The notes under the pieces: generated by a model
The model's database searches: none
The model's input: the letters and a program-made list of their open reading frames with translations, nothing else
Told to the model about the DNA's origin: nothing
From: an uncultured Gemmatimonadales bacterium
GTDB lineage: Bacteria; Gemmatimonadota; Gemmatimonadetes; Gemmatimonadales; GWC2-71-9
Direction: 5' to 3'
Length of the DNA stretch: 64,000 bases
Assembly: GCA_963842945.1 (NCBI GenBank)
Contig: CAWJIM010000024.1
Span: forward strand, 160,001 to 224,000
Position numbers and translations under genes: made by a program
Shown here: one piece after another, positions 42,282 through 53,292 of the stretch
Layout: every line of letters begins with the position of its first letter
Position numbering within the stretch: position 1 is the first letter of the stretch

Positions 42282-43649
42282 TTACCGAGGCCTGCTCCTC
42301 CGCTCCAGCAGCTCATCCGGAACGTAGTCGCCGGGCCCTTCCTCGTGATCGAACTCAGCCGACACGATCGCGTGGCCTCGCTCGCGATCCAGCGTGATCT
42401 CCGCCAGCCTGGGCGATAGCATGGGGAACGTCCGGCCGAAGAGAGCGTAACAGACCAGGAACAGGCCGAGAAAGGTCAGGGTGGCACCCAGCTCGGGTTG
42501 CCCGAAGATCGGCGCGGGAGACGCCGTGACCGAAGGCATGACCAGCAGATAACGCTCCAGCCAGAGCGCGATGAGACTCACCGAGGCAAAGAAGCCCAAG
42601 GTGGCCCGCACCTTCTTGGGCCGGACGCCCAGGAGTCCGAAGAAGGGAATGATGAACACCCCCCAGCCCACAGCCACACCGATCGGCAGCCAGTGGCCCC
42701 AGAGACGGGCGAAGACGAACCCGGTCTCCTCCGGCAGGTTCCCGTACCAGATCACCAGGAACTGCGCCCACATCAGGTAGGTCCAGAATACGCTGAAACC
42801 GAAACAGAGCTTGCCCAGGTCGTGCCGCTGCTTGGGTGACACCAGGTCGGCCACGCCCAGGTGCTTGGCGCCGTAAATCATCAGCAGCGCAAGGAGCATG
42901 TGGGCCCCCAGAAACGCGCCCATGAAGATCCAGCCGCCGAGCAGGTTGGAGAACCAGTGCGGCTGCAGCGCCATGATCCCGTCGAATGCGACCAGGGTCA
43001 ACACGTAGGCGTAAAGCACCGCATAGGTGGGAGCCAGCCGGTAAATCCGGACATCGTGCGCCGCTATTGTGGCCGAGGCCGTATCGTACCCCTTGGCCCA
43101 CCGCTCGTAGCGGAACCGCCGATCCTCGGGCGCCGCGCGCTGCACTGCGTACATGTCGGGCTTCATGTCGGCCCAGACCAGCTTCCAGCCGACGATGGTG
43201 AGCGCAAGCAGGCCGAGCCCCAGCCGGGCGAACATGAAATCGTGGGACAGCCAGACCGCCTTCGAGTGCTGCAGCTCGTGCAGGGCGCCCTGCATCGGGC
43301 CGTAGATCGAGTCGTATCCAGCGGTAAAGATCAGCACCAGCCCGATCAGCGAGACCGGCAGGAAGGCGACCAAGGCCTCGGCGAACCGGATGATCATCCC
43401 GGACCACTTGGCGTTGGTGATCTTCTGCACCGCCGCAAAGGCGACGCCGCCGGCAGACAGTCCGGTGAAGTAGATCCAGTTGACGTGGAACAGATGCCAG
43501 GCTCGATCGGCCATGGCCGGTCCGGCGAGAAGTGCGCGGACGAACAGAATCAGCCCCAGGATGGCGAACCCGGCACCAATGGCCAGAAACATGTCGTATC
43601 TGCCGGCCACGGAGCGCTCGGCCAGACGTTCGTGCAGGGTCGGAGTCAT
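42282..43649 (-). CDS. actF: Alternative complex III subunit F
   Basis: Polytopic; D..MALQPHWFSNL, HDLGKLCFGFSVFWTYLMWAQFLVIWYGNLPEET. Confidence 0.88.
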   Translation of the reverse strand: MTPTLHERLAERSVAGRYDMFLAIGAGFAILGLILFVRALLAGPAMADRAWHLFHVNWIYFTGLSAGGVAFAAVQKITNAKWSGMIIRFAEALVAFLPVSLIGLVLIFTAGYDSIYGPMQGALHELQHSKAVWLSHDFMFARLGLGLLALTIVGWKLVWADMKPDMYAVQRAAPEDRRFRYERWAKGYDTASATIAAHDVRIYRLAPTYAVLYAYVLTLVAFDGIMALQPHWFSNLLGGWIFMGAFLGAHMLLALLMIYGAKHLGVADLVSPKQRHDLGKLCFGFSVFWTYLMWAQFLVIWYGNLPEETGFVFARLWGHWLPIGVAVGWGVFIIPFFGLLGVRPKKVRATLGFFASVSLIALWLERYLLVMPSVTASPAPIFGQPELGATLTFLGLFLVCYALFGRTFPMLSPRLAEITLDRERGHAIVSAEFDHEEGPGDYVPDELLERRSRPR

Positions 43650-44327
43650 GGCGCGGTTCCGGTTGATCCCGTGGCGCTGGGGCCAGGCGGAACCGGGGTG
43701 GCCGCGCCAGGAGCGGCCGGCGGGGCGGGCGACTGGCGCTGCAGCTTCCGCACGTGATTCACGATGGCCCACCGTTCCACCGGCGCGTACACCTTGTCCC
43801 CGTATCGGGGCATGACGCCTCGGCCATAGCGAATGATGCTGTAGATGTACCCATCGGTATATGCTCGTGCCCGTGCCGTGAGCAGCGAGGGAGCCCCGAT
43901 CTGGCTGGAAACCGTCCCATCGGCATTGCCGGTGGGACCATGACAGACGCTGCAGAAGTTTTGATAGAGGGTGTCACCCGCCGCCTCGACTTCCCGGGGG
44001 ATCACCGTCGCCCGAGGACCCGGTGGGCTCGGCTTGACCGCCGGTAGAAAACGGATTCCGGAGCGCGTTGGCGGTAGCGGGGTTTCCCGCCACCCATTCC
44101 GCCGACCAGTCGAGCTCACCCCCACTCACCGGCACCGTGCCCTCGGGCGTGTTCCTCGGCACGTTCTGCGTCTCATAGGGACGGATGTACCGGGCGTGGA
44201 TCATGTGGTCGAACCAGGGAATGATGTGCCAGAGATCGTCCGGAGATGGAATGCGGTAGTAGTAGTAATCACAGGCGCCGCACATCAGCGTCAGCAGGGT
44301 CAGCGCCAGGATTTCAAGCCGCTTCAT
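43646..44327 (-). CDS. actE: Alternative complex III monoheme cytochrome c subunit E (frameshifted)
   Basis: Lipoprotein signal ...MCGAC, RNTPEGTV, CSVCHG, MPRYG, ERWAIVNHVRKLQ. Confidence 0.85.
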
Positions 44328-44841
44328 GACGAACCTCGACGGCACCGGCGGACCGGAGCAGGTTCTCCGCCCGGCCTATGTCATCGGAGCCGGCAGGGAC
44401 GAAGATCCCGATCTGGTCGTCGCTGAAGCGGGGATCGTAGGCCACCCCTCGCTTGCCCAGGAGCACTGAAAAGAGTCCCACGGCCGCTACGGTGCTCAGC
44501 GCCCCCAAAAGGATGGTGAGCTCGAAGGCAATCACGACGTAGGGCGGGATCGAGGCGATCGGCTTTCCGCCCACCAGTACCGGCCAGTCATACGACATCC
44601 AGATCGTCATCCCGAATCCGGCGGCACAGCCGGTGAGTCCCCCGATCAACGTGAACAGCCGCACCGGGCTCACCCGGTGATTCAGCGCCTCCTCCAGCTC
44701 GTGATTCGGGGACGGGCTGTACACGACGAGGTTCCGGTAGCCCATGGCCCGCAGCCCTCGGATGGCGTCCACCGCAGCATCGATGTGGATGAAGGAGGCC
44801 AGGAGCCCGGGCATGCGCTTGGCGCGCTTGAGCAGACCCAT
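44314..44841 (-). CDS. actD: Alternative complex III subunit D (DUF3341)
   Basis: YSPSP.HELEEAL, WPVLVGGKP, IAFELTIL, YDPRFSDD. Confidence 0.87.
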   Translation of the reverse strand: MGLLKRAKRMPGLLASFIHIDAAVDAIRGLRAMGYRNLVVYSPSPNHELEEALNHRVSPVRLFTLIGGLTGCAAGFGMTIWMSYDWPVLVGGKPIASIPPYVVIAFELTILLGALSTVAAVGLFSVLLGKRGVAYDPRFSDDQIGIFVPAGSDDIGRAENLLRSAGAVEVRHEAA

Positions 44842-46205
44842 CAGTGGTGGCTCCCGCGGAGCCGCGGCATGGGGATCATTTCCTTGATCTCCTGGATAGC
44901 CACGATGGGAAACCCCTTGGCGAACAGCATGAACCACATCCCGAACCAGCCGAAGGAGCCGGCCAGAATGCCCCAGTCGGCCCAGGTGGGATTCAGGATG
45001 CCCCAGGCCCAGGGCACGTAGTCGTTGCTCAGCGACGAGACGATGATCACGTAGCGCTCGAACCACATCCCGATGTTGATGAAGATGGAGATGACGAACA
45101 GGGCGGTGATGTTGGTCCGGATCTTTCTGAACCAGAGCAGCTGGGACACGAACGCATTGCAGATGATCATGGTCCAGCCGGCCCACCACATGGGCCCGAA
45201 TGCTCGCCGGAAAAAGGTGGTCTGCTCGAAGGGGTTTCCACTGTACCAGGCGATGAAATACTCCATGCCATAGGCGTAGAGCAGGATCGATCCGGTCAGC
45301 AGCGTCAGCTTGGCCAGGTTGTCAAAATGGTACTCGGTGATCATGTGCTCGATCCTGAGTGCCCGCCGAAGCGGAATGATCAGGGTGAGCACCATGCCGA
45401 TGCCGGAGTAGATGGCCCCGGCCACGAAGTAGGGGGCGAAGATGGTGCCGTGCCAGCCGGGCACGATGCCGACGGCGAAGTCCCACGACACCACCGAATG
45501 CACCGACAGCACCAGCGGAGTCGCCAGAGCGGCCAGGTACAGATAGGCCCGGGAGTAGTGACGCCACTGATTGTCGGTGCCGCGCCAGCCGGCTGCGGTC
45601 AAGGTATAAACCGTCTTGCGCCAGCCGGACACCTTGTCGCGCACGGCGGCGATATCGGGGAGCAGACCAAACACCAGGAACGTGGTCGAGACCGTGAGGT
45701 AGGTCGAGATCGCGAACACGTCCCAGATCAGCGGCGACTTGAAGTTGGGCCAGAGGAAGCGCTGGTTCGGGTACGGCAGGAGCCAGTAGAAGATCCACTG
45801 CCGGCCGATGTGAATGATGGGAAACAGGCCCGCGGTCATGACGGCAAACACCGTCATGGCCTCGGTCGAGCGATACACCGCGGTGCGCCAGGGCGAGCGG
45901 AACAGAAAGAGAATGGCCGAAATCAGGGTGCCGGCGTGCCCGATACCCACCCAGAACACGAAGGTGGTGATGTACACGCTCCAGAAGATCGGCGGATTGT
46001 ATCCGGCGTGCCCCAGACCATCCTTGATCAGCATCAGGAAGGTCAGGATGCCGATCAGAAAGAGGGACACCGCCCCCAACAGGAGAAGCACGTACCCTCG
46101 GCTGGCCGGCCCGAGGGTGGCGACCACATCGCGGGTGACATCCGCGTGCGTTCCCGTCGGATGGCCTTCCGGGACGACTCGGGGAGCGGAAGTAGCGACA
46201 GCCAT
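44841..46205 (-). CDS. actC: Alternative complex III subunit C (NrfD/PsrC family)
   Basis: FVFWVGIGHAGTLISA, EAMTVFAV, NFKSPLIWDVFAISTY, LVLSVHSVVSWDF, GMWFER. Confidence 0.93.
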   Translation of the reverse strand: MAVATSAPRVVPEGHPTGTHADVTRDVVATLGPASRGYVLLLLGAVSLFLIGILTFLMLIKDGLGHAGYNPPIFWSVYITTFVFWVGIGHAGTLISAILFLFRSPWRTAVYRSTEAMTVFAVMTAGLFPIIHIGRQWIFYWLLPYPNQRFLWPNFKSPLIWDVFAISTYLTVSTTFLVFGLLPDIAAVRDKVSGWRKTVYTLTAAGWRGTDNQWRHYSRAYLYLAALATPLVLSVHSVVSWDFAVGIVPGWHGTIFAPYFVAGAIYSGIGMVLTLIIPLRRALRIEHMITEYHFDNLAKLTLLTGSILLYAYGMEYFIAWYSGNPFEQTTFFRRAFGPMWWAGWTMIICNAFVSQLLWFRKIRTNITALFVISIFINIGMWFERYVIIVSSLSNDYVPWAWGILNPTWADWGILAGSFGWFGMWFMLFAKGFPIVAIQEIKEMIPMPRLRGSHH

Positions 46206-46208
46206 GAT

Positions 46209-49200
46209 CTACGCCTCGTCCGGCAGGGTGACTTTGGCCAGGTAGGTGATTGCCGAACGGGTGTTGAGGTCGTCGAGCACGCGATACCCTCGATTATCCT
46301 GGCGCAGGCGAGCCACCCTGCTGGCGGAGTCGGTGAGATTTCCGAAGACGATGGCATCGGATGGGCAGGCCTGGGCGCAGGCGGTGGTGAATTCGCCGTC
46401 GCGGAGCGGCCGATTTTCCAGCCGGGCGTCGTTCTGGGCTCCCCGGATCCGCTGAATGCAGAAGGTGCACTTCTCCATGACCCCGCGGGCTCGCACGGTG
46501 ACGTCGGGGTTCAGTTGGAGATGCAGTGGGGCCGGCCAGGCCGACTCGTTGTACTTGTACCAGTTGAAGTACCGCACCTTGTAGGGACAGTTGTTGGCGC
46601 AGTACCGGGTGCCCACACAGCGGTTGTAGACCTGACCGTTCAAGCCGTCGGCCGTGTGATACGCGGCATAGACCGGGCAGACCGGCTCGCAGGGCGCGTT
46701 GGTGCAGTGCTGACAGAGCATCGGAACAAATCGCGCGGTGGCCCCGGCACCGGGCGCCTTGTCCTCCTCCCAGTAGCGCTCGATCCGGATCCAGGTCATC
46801 TCCCGGCCCTTGTAGATCTCGCTCTCGCCCACGGTCGGAATGTTGTTCTCCGCGTAGCACGCGGTGACGCAGGCCTGGCAGCCGGTGCACTTGGCCAGAT
46901 CGATGGCCATGCCCCAGCGAGGATTGGCGGCTGCGTAGTCCCCATGTTGCGTCGCCTCAGCCTGCTCCTGGCTCCATCCCTTGACCGCTTCGAGCTCCTG
47001 CTCGGTGTTGACCTCGTGCTTGCCTCGACCCTCGGCGATGTAGGCCTGCTCGATGGTGAGTCCCTTCCGCGCGGCGTCGAGGGAAATGCTCTCCGCAATG
47101 CCCCTGCCCAGCTGGCGCGGGGTTCCCTCGATGGTGGCGAGCCGCTTATAGTGGCCGGTCTTGGCGACCCCAACGCGGGTCGAGACGTAGGGCAGAAATG
47201 GTCCGGCCGGCGCGCCCAGCAAATCGAGCGCATTCACCCCGCGACCCTGAGCAAACTGTCCGTATTCGGTATGCCCGAAGCCGAGCGGCATGGCGACGAC
47301 GTTGGGATGGACACCGGCATAGATGTATGCCGGAGCCTCGATGGTGCCATGGGGCGAGGTGAGCCGCAGGACCTCTCCGTCCCGCACGTCCAGCCGCTGC
47401 GCGAGATCAGGATGGATCTCGACCCAGGAATGCCAGGTGATCTTGGTGACCGGGTCGGCATTTTCCAGTAGCCACGGCTTGTTGGCGCCGCGGCCGTCGT
47501 ACAGCATCCCGTGAGGATAGGCGACGAAGATCAGCTCGCCGTTTCCTTCAAAGCTGGGGCGGGTGTACTTGATCTGGCTGGCTCCCGAGGCGAGCGAGGC
47601 CGCTGGCGGCTTGGCTGGTGCCGGAGCAAAGAAACCGCCGCGCTGCAGTGCACCGTGCCAGAAGCCGGCGAGGTCTCGCTCGCCGTGCTCAGTGGCGAGC
47701 GCCTGCCAACGCGACTGCAGATGTGCCTCGTAGGACGCCGCGGTGAAGCGGGCCAGCGCTCCGCCCGCCTTCTTCGCGGTCCGGAGCAGAACGTCACCGG
47801 CCGGCAAAGTGTCGAAGACCGGCTGCATGACCGGCTGCATCAGGTTGTACACACCGGTCCGGGGGCGGAGGTCGTCCCACCGCTCCAGCGCATGGTGCTG
47901 TGGCAGGATCAGGTCACAGAGGGCGCTGGTCTCATCCAGGTACATCGAGGTGGAGACCTTGTAGCCACCTTCTGGAAGCGGGCAGCGAAGCGGGAGGCCT
48001 TGGGCAGGGCGTAGGCCGGATTGGCATCGTGAATCAGGGCGACCTTCACCTGGCCCGCGTCCATCGAGGTCAGCACGGCCTCCAGCGCAGCGTAGCCGTC
48101 GGCGCTGTCCACGTCGGTTCCAAAGCTGACGGTCTGGCCGACGTTGCCGGCGACGTAGTTGAGCAGGTTGACCGCCGCGCAGAGCTCGGTCGCTCCGCTG
48201 TGCTGGGTCCCGATTCCCCCTGCAACCGCGAGGCTCGGACGCTGCGCGGCGAATTCCCGGGCCAGGCGCTCGATGGTGGCGGCGGGAATTCCGGTTTCCT
48301 TCGCCGCCATCTCCGGGGTAAAGGCCGCCAGCGATGACCTGAGCTCCGCACTGCCCCGTTCGCCGGAGACCACGTTGGCCATGGCTAGACGCGAGCGCTG
48401 TCTCAGAGCCCGGTTGAACCGGGTACCACTCGTCGGCGTTGAGGCCGGTCAGATCCCGCCGGGGGGCCAGATACACGAACTTCGCCACCCCTGCCCCGCT
48501 GAACCCATGGGACTGGGCAAACCCGCGCTGGTGCTCGATGGCGCCGGGCCACGACTCCAGGAAGTCGGCGCCGAAGGAAACGATGTGCTTGGCCTTGGCG
48601 AAGTCATACGAGGCGAGCTGGTTCAGTCCGAAGACCTGGCGATTGGCCGCCCGCATTGCCTCGGCGGCGAACGGCTGGTAGCGAACCACCCGCCCCCCCA
48701 GGGCCCCGATCCAGTCGCCGAGAAGATCGGAGAAGGTCCCCCGCCCCGCGCCCGAGACGGCAACGATCTGCCCACCGCCGGCGGTCAGCTTGCCGGCAAG
48801 GCGGCCGATGGCATCGTCCCAGGTGATCTCCTGGAACTTCCCGTCGGCACCGCGGGCCATGGGGCCCTTGAGCCGTCCCGGGTTGTAGAGCCCCTGGAGC
48901 GCGGCCTGACCCCGGGAGCACAGCTTGCCCTGGTTGATCGGGATGCTCTGGATTGCCTTCCAGCTTGACGGCCCGCCCCTCACGGGTCCGCACGTGCAGG
49001 CCGCAGCCCGAAGCGCATTCGGTGCAGCTGCTGGCGTACTAGGTGGCCACGCCGGGCACCTGGTCTTCGGACTGGACCAGGTAGGGAATCAGCTTCTCGA
49101 CCCGCTCGGTGGAGCAGCCGGCGAGCGCCACCGCTCCCGCCGCCCGAAGCACCGAGTACGGTCAGGAACCGCCTGCGATCTAACGCGGGTGGCTCAGTCG

Positions 49201-49258
49201 CGAGTCGCGAGTCGCGAGTCGCGGGACTGGAGTTGTTGCCTTCTTTTTCGTGACTCAT
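46209..49258 (-). CDS. actB: Alternative complex III subunit B (molybdopterin-oxidoreductase-like plus Fe-S domain; frameshifted)
   Basis: Tat LDRRRFL, EGNPEHP, NKPWLLE..DPVTKITW, CTGCQACVTAC, CQHCTNAPCEPVCP, CVGTRYCANNCPY, EKCTFC. Confidence 0.9.
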
Positions 49259-49278
49259 GACTCGTGACTCGCGACTAG
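49196..49278. repeat. Inverted tandem heptamer repeats at the actA/actB junction
   Basis: (AGTCGCG)x4 at 49196-49223, and TCGTGAC-TCATGAC-TCGTGAC-TCGCGAC at 49248-49275. Confidence 0.8.
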
Positions 49279-49874
49279 TAGTGACATACCGAGCAGTCCC
49301 GCGACACCTTCCGCTCCGTATGGCAGGTAATGCAGAACCCCATCCGATCCACGTTGTTCACCTTGAAGACCTGCGGCATCCGCTGCACTTCGCCATGGCA
49401 GGTGCCGCAGGCGTTGGGTCCCAGCGCTTTGATGTGGCGCTGGTGCGGAAAGTGGGCGTGACGGGGCAGGTAATGGATGCGGACCCACTCGATCGGCTTC
49501 TTCTCGGTCCAGGCCTGGCGCACCTTCTTGATCTCCGCCTGGTGCGAGCTGTCACGGCCGCCGATCACCAGATGGCAGCCCATGCAGGTCTGGACCGAGG
49601 GAATCCCCGGTTCGGGCGATACCGTGACGGAGTAGTGGCAGTACTGGCACTGGATCTTGTACTGCCCGGCATGGATGTCGTGACGAAAGAAGATCGGCTG
49701 GCGGGGGCCTTGCAGACTTCCTGTATCGCCGGCGGCGAGAGTCGGTGCGAAGGTGGAATCCGCTTTGGATGGGGCCTGCTGGGCGCGGGGACCGGCACCG
49801 CCGAACGTGAGGAGAGCAGCCAAGCCTCCGGCTGCAACGCCACCGACGACGAAAGCCAGCTTACGCATCATCAT
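49275..49874 (-). CDS. actA: Alternative complex III pentaheme cytochrome c subunit A
   Basis: Five CxxCH motifs: CQYCH, CMGCH, CGTCH, CITCH, CSVCH; QPIFF.HDIHAG. Confidence 0.9.
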   Translation of the reverse strand: MMMRKLAFVVGGVAAGGLAALLTFGGAGPRAQQAPSKADSTFAPTLAAGDTGSLQGPRQPIFFRHDIHAGQYKIQCQYCHYSVTVSPEPGIPSVQTCMGCHLVIGGRDSSHQAEIKKVRQAWTEKKPIEWVRIHYLPRHAHFPHQRHIKALGPNACGTCHGEVQRMPQVFKVNNVDRMGFCITCHTERKVSRDCSVCHY

Positions 49875-49923
49875 CTCACTGCTGAAGAAGACCTGGGCCC
49901 CGCCTCGGGCAAATGCGCGCCGA

Positions 49924-49951
49924 AGTATAGTGCGGCCATTTCATTGCACAA
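49924..49951 (-). promoter_or_regulatory. Putative sigma70 promoter of the act operon
   Basis: Minus strand TTGTGC-16 nt-TATACT, about 50 nt upstream of actA. Confidence 0.4.
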
Positions 49952-49977
49952 CCCGAGCGGCACGTAATCCGACTGAT

Positions 49978-50496
49978 TCAGTCGGCTTCTGCCGCTTCTC
50001 CTCCTCGTCCGCCATGTAGTCGCGGAGCCCGCCGAGGCGCGGGCCGCTCGGCCAGCCACTCCACTTTTCGGCGGGCCAGATTGAGAAAGGCATCGATCGA
50101 ACGCCGGTCGCTCAGGCCCAGCCAGCACCACTTCACCGGGCCGGTGCGCTGTCCCTCCACCAGCGCCCGCGCGATGACCCCCGCCACCTTCGCTCCCTTG
50201 GTCAGCCGGCTCTCGTCGCTATCGGAAAGGGTGAAGGTGACGTCCAAGCTGTTCCTCATCAGATGAAGCCAGCACACCTTGCGATTTCCCACTCCGTATT
50301 CCCAGGCCCAATGCCAGGTCGGTCCCATGAAGCGAACCTGTTCGCCTACTCCCGGAAGCTTGAGCAGACCCTCGCGGACCACGCGAAAGCGCTCCGCCAG
50401 CGGCGGAGCGAGATCGGTCAGCGGGGCCGCGGGATCGGGCTCCACATCTTCGGAGAGATACAGGTTGGACTTCCAGTAGGCGCTCGAGCGACCCAT
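49978..50496 (-). CDS. Hypothetical protein (DUF3788-like)
   Basis: Intact 172-aa ORF coupled to the methyltransferase; FMGPTWHWAWEY...KVCWL. Confidence 0.55.
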   Translation of the reverse strand: MGRSSAYWKSNLYLSEDVEPDPAAPLTDLAPPLAERFRVVREGLLKLPGVGEQVRFMGPTWHWAWEYGVGNRKVCWLHLMRNSLDVTFTLSDSDESRLTKGAKVAGVIARALVEGQRTGPVKWCWLGLSDRRSIDAFLNLARRKVEWLAERPAPRRAPRLHGGRGGEAAEAD

Positions 50497-51242
50497 CAGG
50501 ATTCTCCTGAGTGTACCCGGTCCAGGAACCGCACGACTTCGATCCCCATAGCCCGGAGCAGTGAAGCTTCACGGCCATCGACCTCCGCCCGGAACACGAT
50601 CTCGCGAAAGGATCGCATCACGTTGTCCGGTTGTCTCGTCTTGAAAAAGTCGATAGCCCACAACGCGCGGGTCCAGTCGGCGAAGAGCTCCTCCAGCTGG
50701 TCCGAGGTTGCGGGCGCGGCCCGATTGCGCGGCGGCTTGATCGGCAGGCTCTCGCCCCCACGTGCGTTCCATGTCTCATAGGCCATGATCGCCACCGCCT
50801 GGGCCAGATTGAGCGAACGGTGCCCCGGATCAGTCGAGATGGTGACCAGCGCGTGACACAGGTCCAGCTCGGCGTTGGTGAGGCCGCTGTCCTCCCGCCC
50901 GGCGATCATTGCCACGGGTCCGCTGGCAGCCGCGTCGACCAGAGCCGTGGCGGCTTCGCGGGGCCGAAGCACCCGCCGCTTGGCTGCGCGCTCGCGCGCG
51001 GTCAACACCGCGGTGAAAACGCAATCCTCGAGGGCCTGCTCCAGCGAGTCGACGATCTCGATCCGGGCAACCAGGTCTGCAGTGTTGTGGGCAATGCCTT
51101 CGATACGGTAGGGGTCGAAGACCTCAGGGTTCACCAGCCTCATGCGGTCGATCCCGAAGTTCTTGGCGATCCGCACCGCGCTGGCGATGTTCACGATGTC
51201 CTGCGGGTTGACCAGAACGAGGATCGGCGGCGAAACGCTCAT
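50496..51242 (-). CDS. SPOUT RNA methyltransferase (TrmJ/TrmH family)
   Basis: VLVNPQDIVNIASAVRIAKNFG, GREDSGLTNAEL, SLNLAQAV. Confidence 0.88.
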   Translation of the reverse strand: MSVSPPILVLVNPQDIVNIASAVRIAKNFGIDRMRLVNPEVFDPYRIEGIAHNTADLVARIEIVDSLEQALEDCVFTAVLTARERAAKRRVLRPREAATALVDAAASGPVAMIAGREDSGLTNAELDLCHALVTISTDPGHRSLNLAQAVAIMAYETWNARGGESLPIKPPRNRAAPATSDQLEELFADWTRALWAIDFFKTRQPDNVMRSFREIVFRAEVDGREASLLRAMGIEVVRFLDRVHSGES

Positions 51243-52757
51243 TCTCCCAGAAACGATACGTCGTACCGCTTGGCCTTCAGCGCAGCGAGAATACCCTGCT
51301 TCTCGACCGACTTCATGTACGCTTCCTTCGGTTCCACCAGCTTGGCGTCGACCAGTTCCATCAGCGCGTCGTTCAACGTCACCATCCCACCCTTCCGGTT
51401 GGTCTGCATGATGGAGGGGATCTGGAAGGTCTTGCCCTCGCGGATCAGGTTGGAGACCGCCGGAATGGAGAGCAGAACCTCCCTCGCGGCTACCCGGCCG
51501 CCTCCGATTTTCTTGCACAGGGTCTGGGCGATGACCCCCCGGAGGGATTCGGACAGCATCACCCGCACCTGCGACTGCCGGTCGGGGGGAAACTGGTCGA
51601 TGATCCGGTCGATGGTGGAGGATGCGGTGGTGGTGTGGAGCGTGCCGAAGACGAGGTGCCCGGTTTCCGCGGTCTCGATTGCGATGGAGACGGTTTCCAG
51701 GTCCCGCATCTCGCCGACCAGAATGATGTCGGGATCCTCTCGCAGAGCCGCCCGGAGTGCATGCTTGAAAGACCGGGTATGCACGCCAACCTGGCGCTGC
51801 GTCACCAGGCATTTTTTGCTGGGATGAACGAACTCGATGGGATCCTCGATAGTGATGATGTGGTCCGTGCGAGTTCGATTGATCAGATCCACCAGGCCCG
51901 CGAGAGTGGTGCTCTTGCCCGAGCCGGTTGGTCCGGTCACCACCACCAGCCCCTTGGTGAGATAGCAAAGGTTCTGTACCTCCTGGCTCAGGCCCATCTC
52001 CTCTGCGGTGCGGATCTGGTTGGGGATGACCCGGAACACCCCTATAGCGCCGTAGCGGTCACGACCCGCGTTGCAGCGGAAGCGCGCCAGGCCGTCAATC
52101 TCGTACGCCCAGTCGGTGTCGCTGCCCTCGCGGAACTCCCCGATCTCCTTGGCCGTCATAATGCTGACGAGCATGGTCTCGAGCCGCTCGGCTGAAAGCG
52201 GTGGCTGGTCCTGCCGGGCTCAGCTCGCCGTGGACCCGCAGCATGGGCGGCTCGTTGCTCCGCAAATGAAGGTCGGAGGCGCCCGACTGGACCAGGGCGC
52301 GGAACAGGACGTCCATGGCCGCACGATGTTCCGACAAATCCTGGGTCGAGCGAGCGGCTGGTGAAGGTGTTGAGGAAGACGGTGAGAAGGGAGCCGAGGT
52401 CGGCGGTGCGGCAGCGGGAGGAGCGGAGCCGGCGGCCGGCGAGGCGGCTCCGGGTTGGGCTGATGCCGGCCGCAGCACCGCGAGGCCATTGGCACCGGCC
52501 TTGAGCTCCACCCGCACCTCACCGTACGGAGATCGATAGGCAAATGCCACCGGGTCGGCGGTGCCCAGCTGGGACGCCGCCTCCGGTGAGGCGATTTCCC
52601 GCACCAGGCCCTGGATCTGGGCATCACTCAGCGGCTCGCGGGTGATGGGGCGAAGCGATCCATTATACATGAGTGACGCTGGCTTGCCGACGGCGAGCTG
52701 GAGCGCTTCGGCCCGCTGCTCCTGCATCACCTGAATCAGTCTGTCGAGTCGTGCCAC
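51239..52757 (-). CDS. pilT: Type IV pilus retraction ATPase with duplicated N-terminal domain (frameshift near 52220)
   Basis: ASDLHL, GPTGSGKSTT, TIEDPIEF, ALREDPD, GEMRD, GHLVFGTLHT, SNLIREGK. Confidence 0.9.
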
Positions 52758-52766
52758 GGTTGCATC

Positions 52767-53228
52767 TCAGTCGAGTGGGCGGATCAGGCGTACCTGGGAC
52801 TTGTTGATGTATTGCATGATCCCGTCAGTGGCCAAGGTAAAGAACCGGCCCGGCGCATTGACGTAATCGAGAGCCCGGGCCCGGTTGGGTGGAAGCTCGA
52901 ACGAGCTGCGGCCCCGGTACTCCACTCCGTCGGTCAGCTCGACCGACAGCATGACCAGTTTGGCGGCGGACGCGCGATCAGGATCATCGCGCGGCTCCAG
53001 GTTCTGGCAGGACACCACCGTCACCTGGGCTTTGGAGACGAAGGCGACCCCGCCCACGCTCAAGGTCAGGGCAAAGAAAGGGTCGTCGCGATTCAGCATT
53101 TCCAGCGGGCTTTCGCTGTCAGACGGGTAGGTGGCCCGGGCCAGCAGGTGCAGCTCCCCCGCCAGCACGACACCCTCGGCAAGCCCCACCCGGGCGGCAA
53201 CCCGCTGTGTGGCGCCCCAATCGCTCAT
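52767..53228 (-). CDS. Hypothetical protein
   Basis: Intact 153-aa ORF with an internal two-fold repeat (LNRDDPFFAL / VNAPGRFFTL), directly upstream of pilT. Confidence 0.6.
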   Translation of the reverse strand: MSDWGATQRVAARVGLAEGVVLAGELHLLARATYPSDSESPLEMLNRDDPFFALTLSVGGVAFVSKAQVTVVSCQNLEPRDDPDRASAAKLVMLSVELTDGVEYRGRSSFELPPNRARALDYVNAPGRFFTLATDGIMQYINKSQVRLIRPLD

Positions 53229-53292
53229 TGGATTGTTCGGTGCATGGCGCCGGAAACTGAACGGACCGGCCTAGCGCGGGCAAGTGCCGGCG

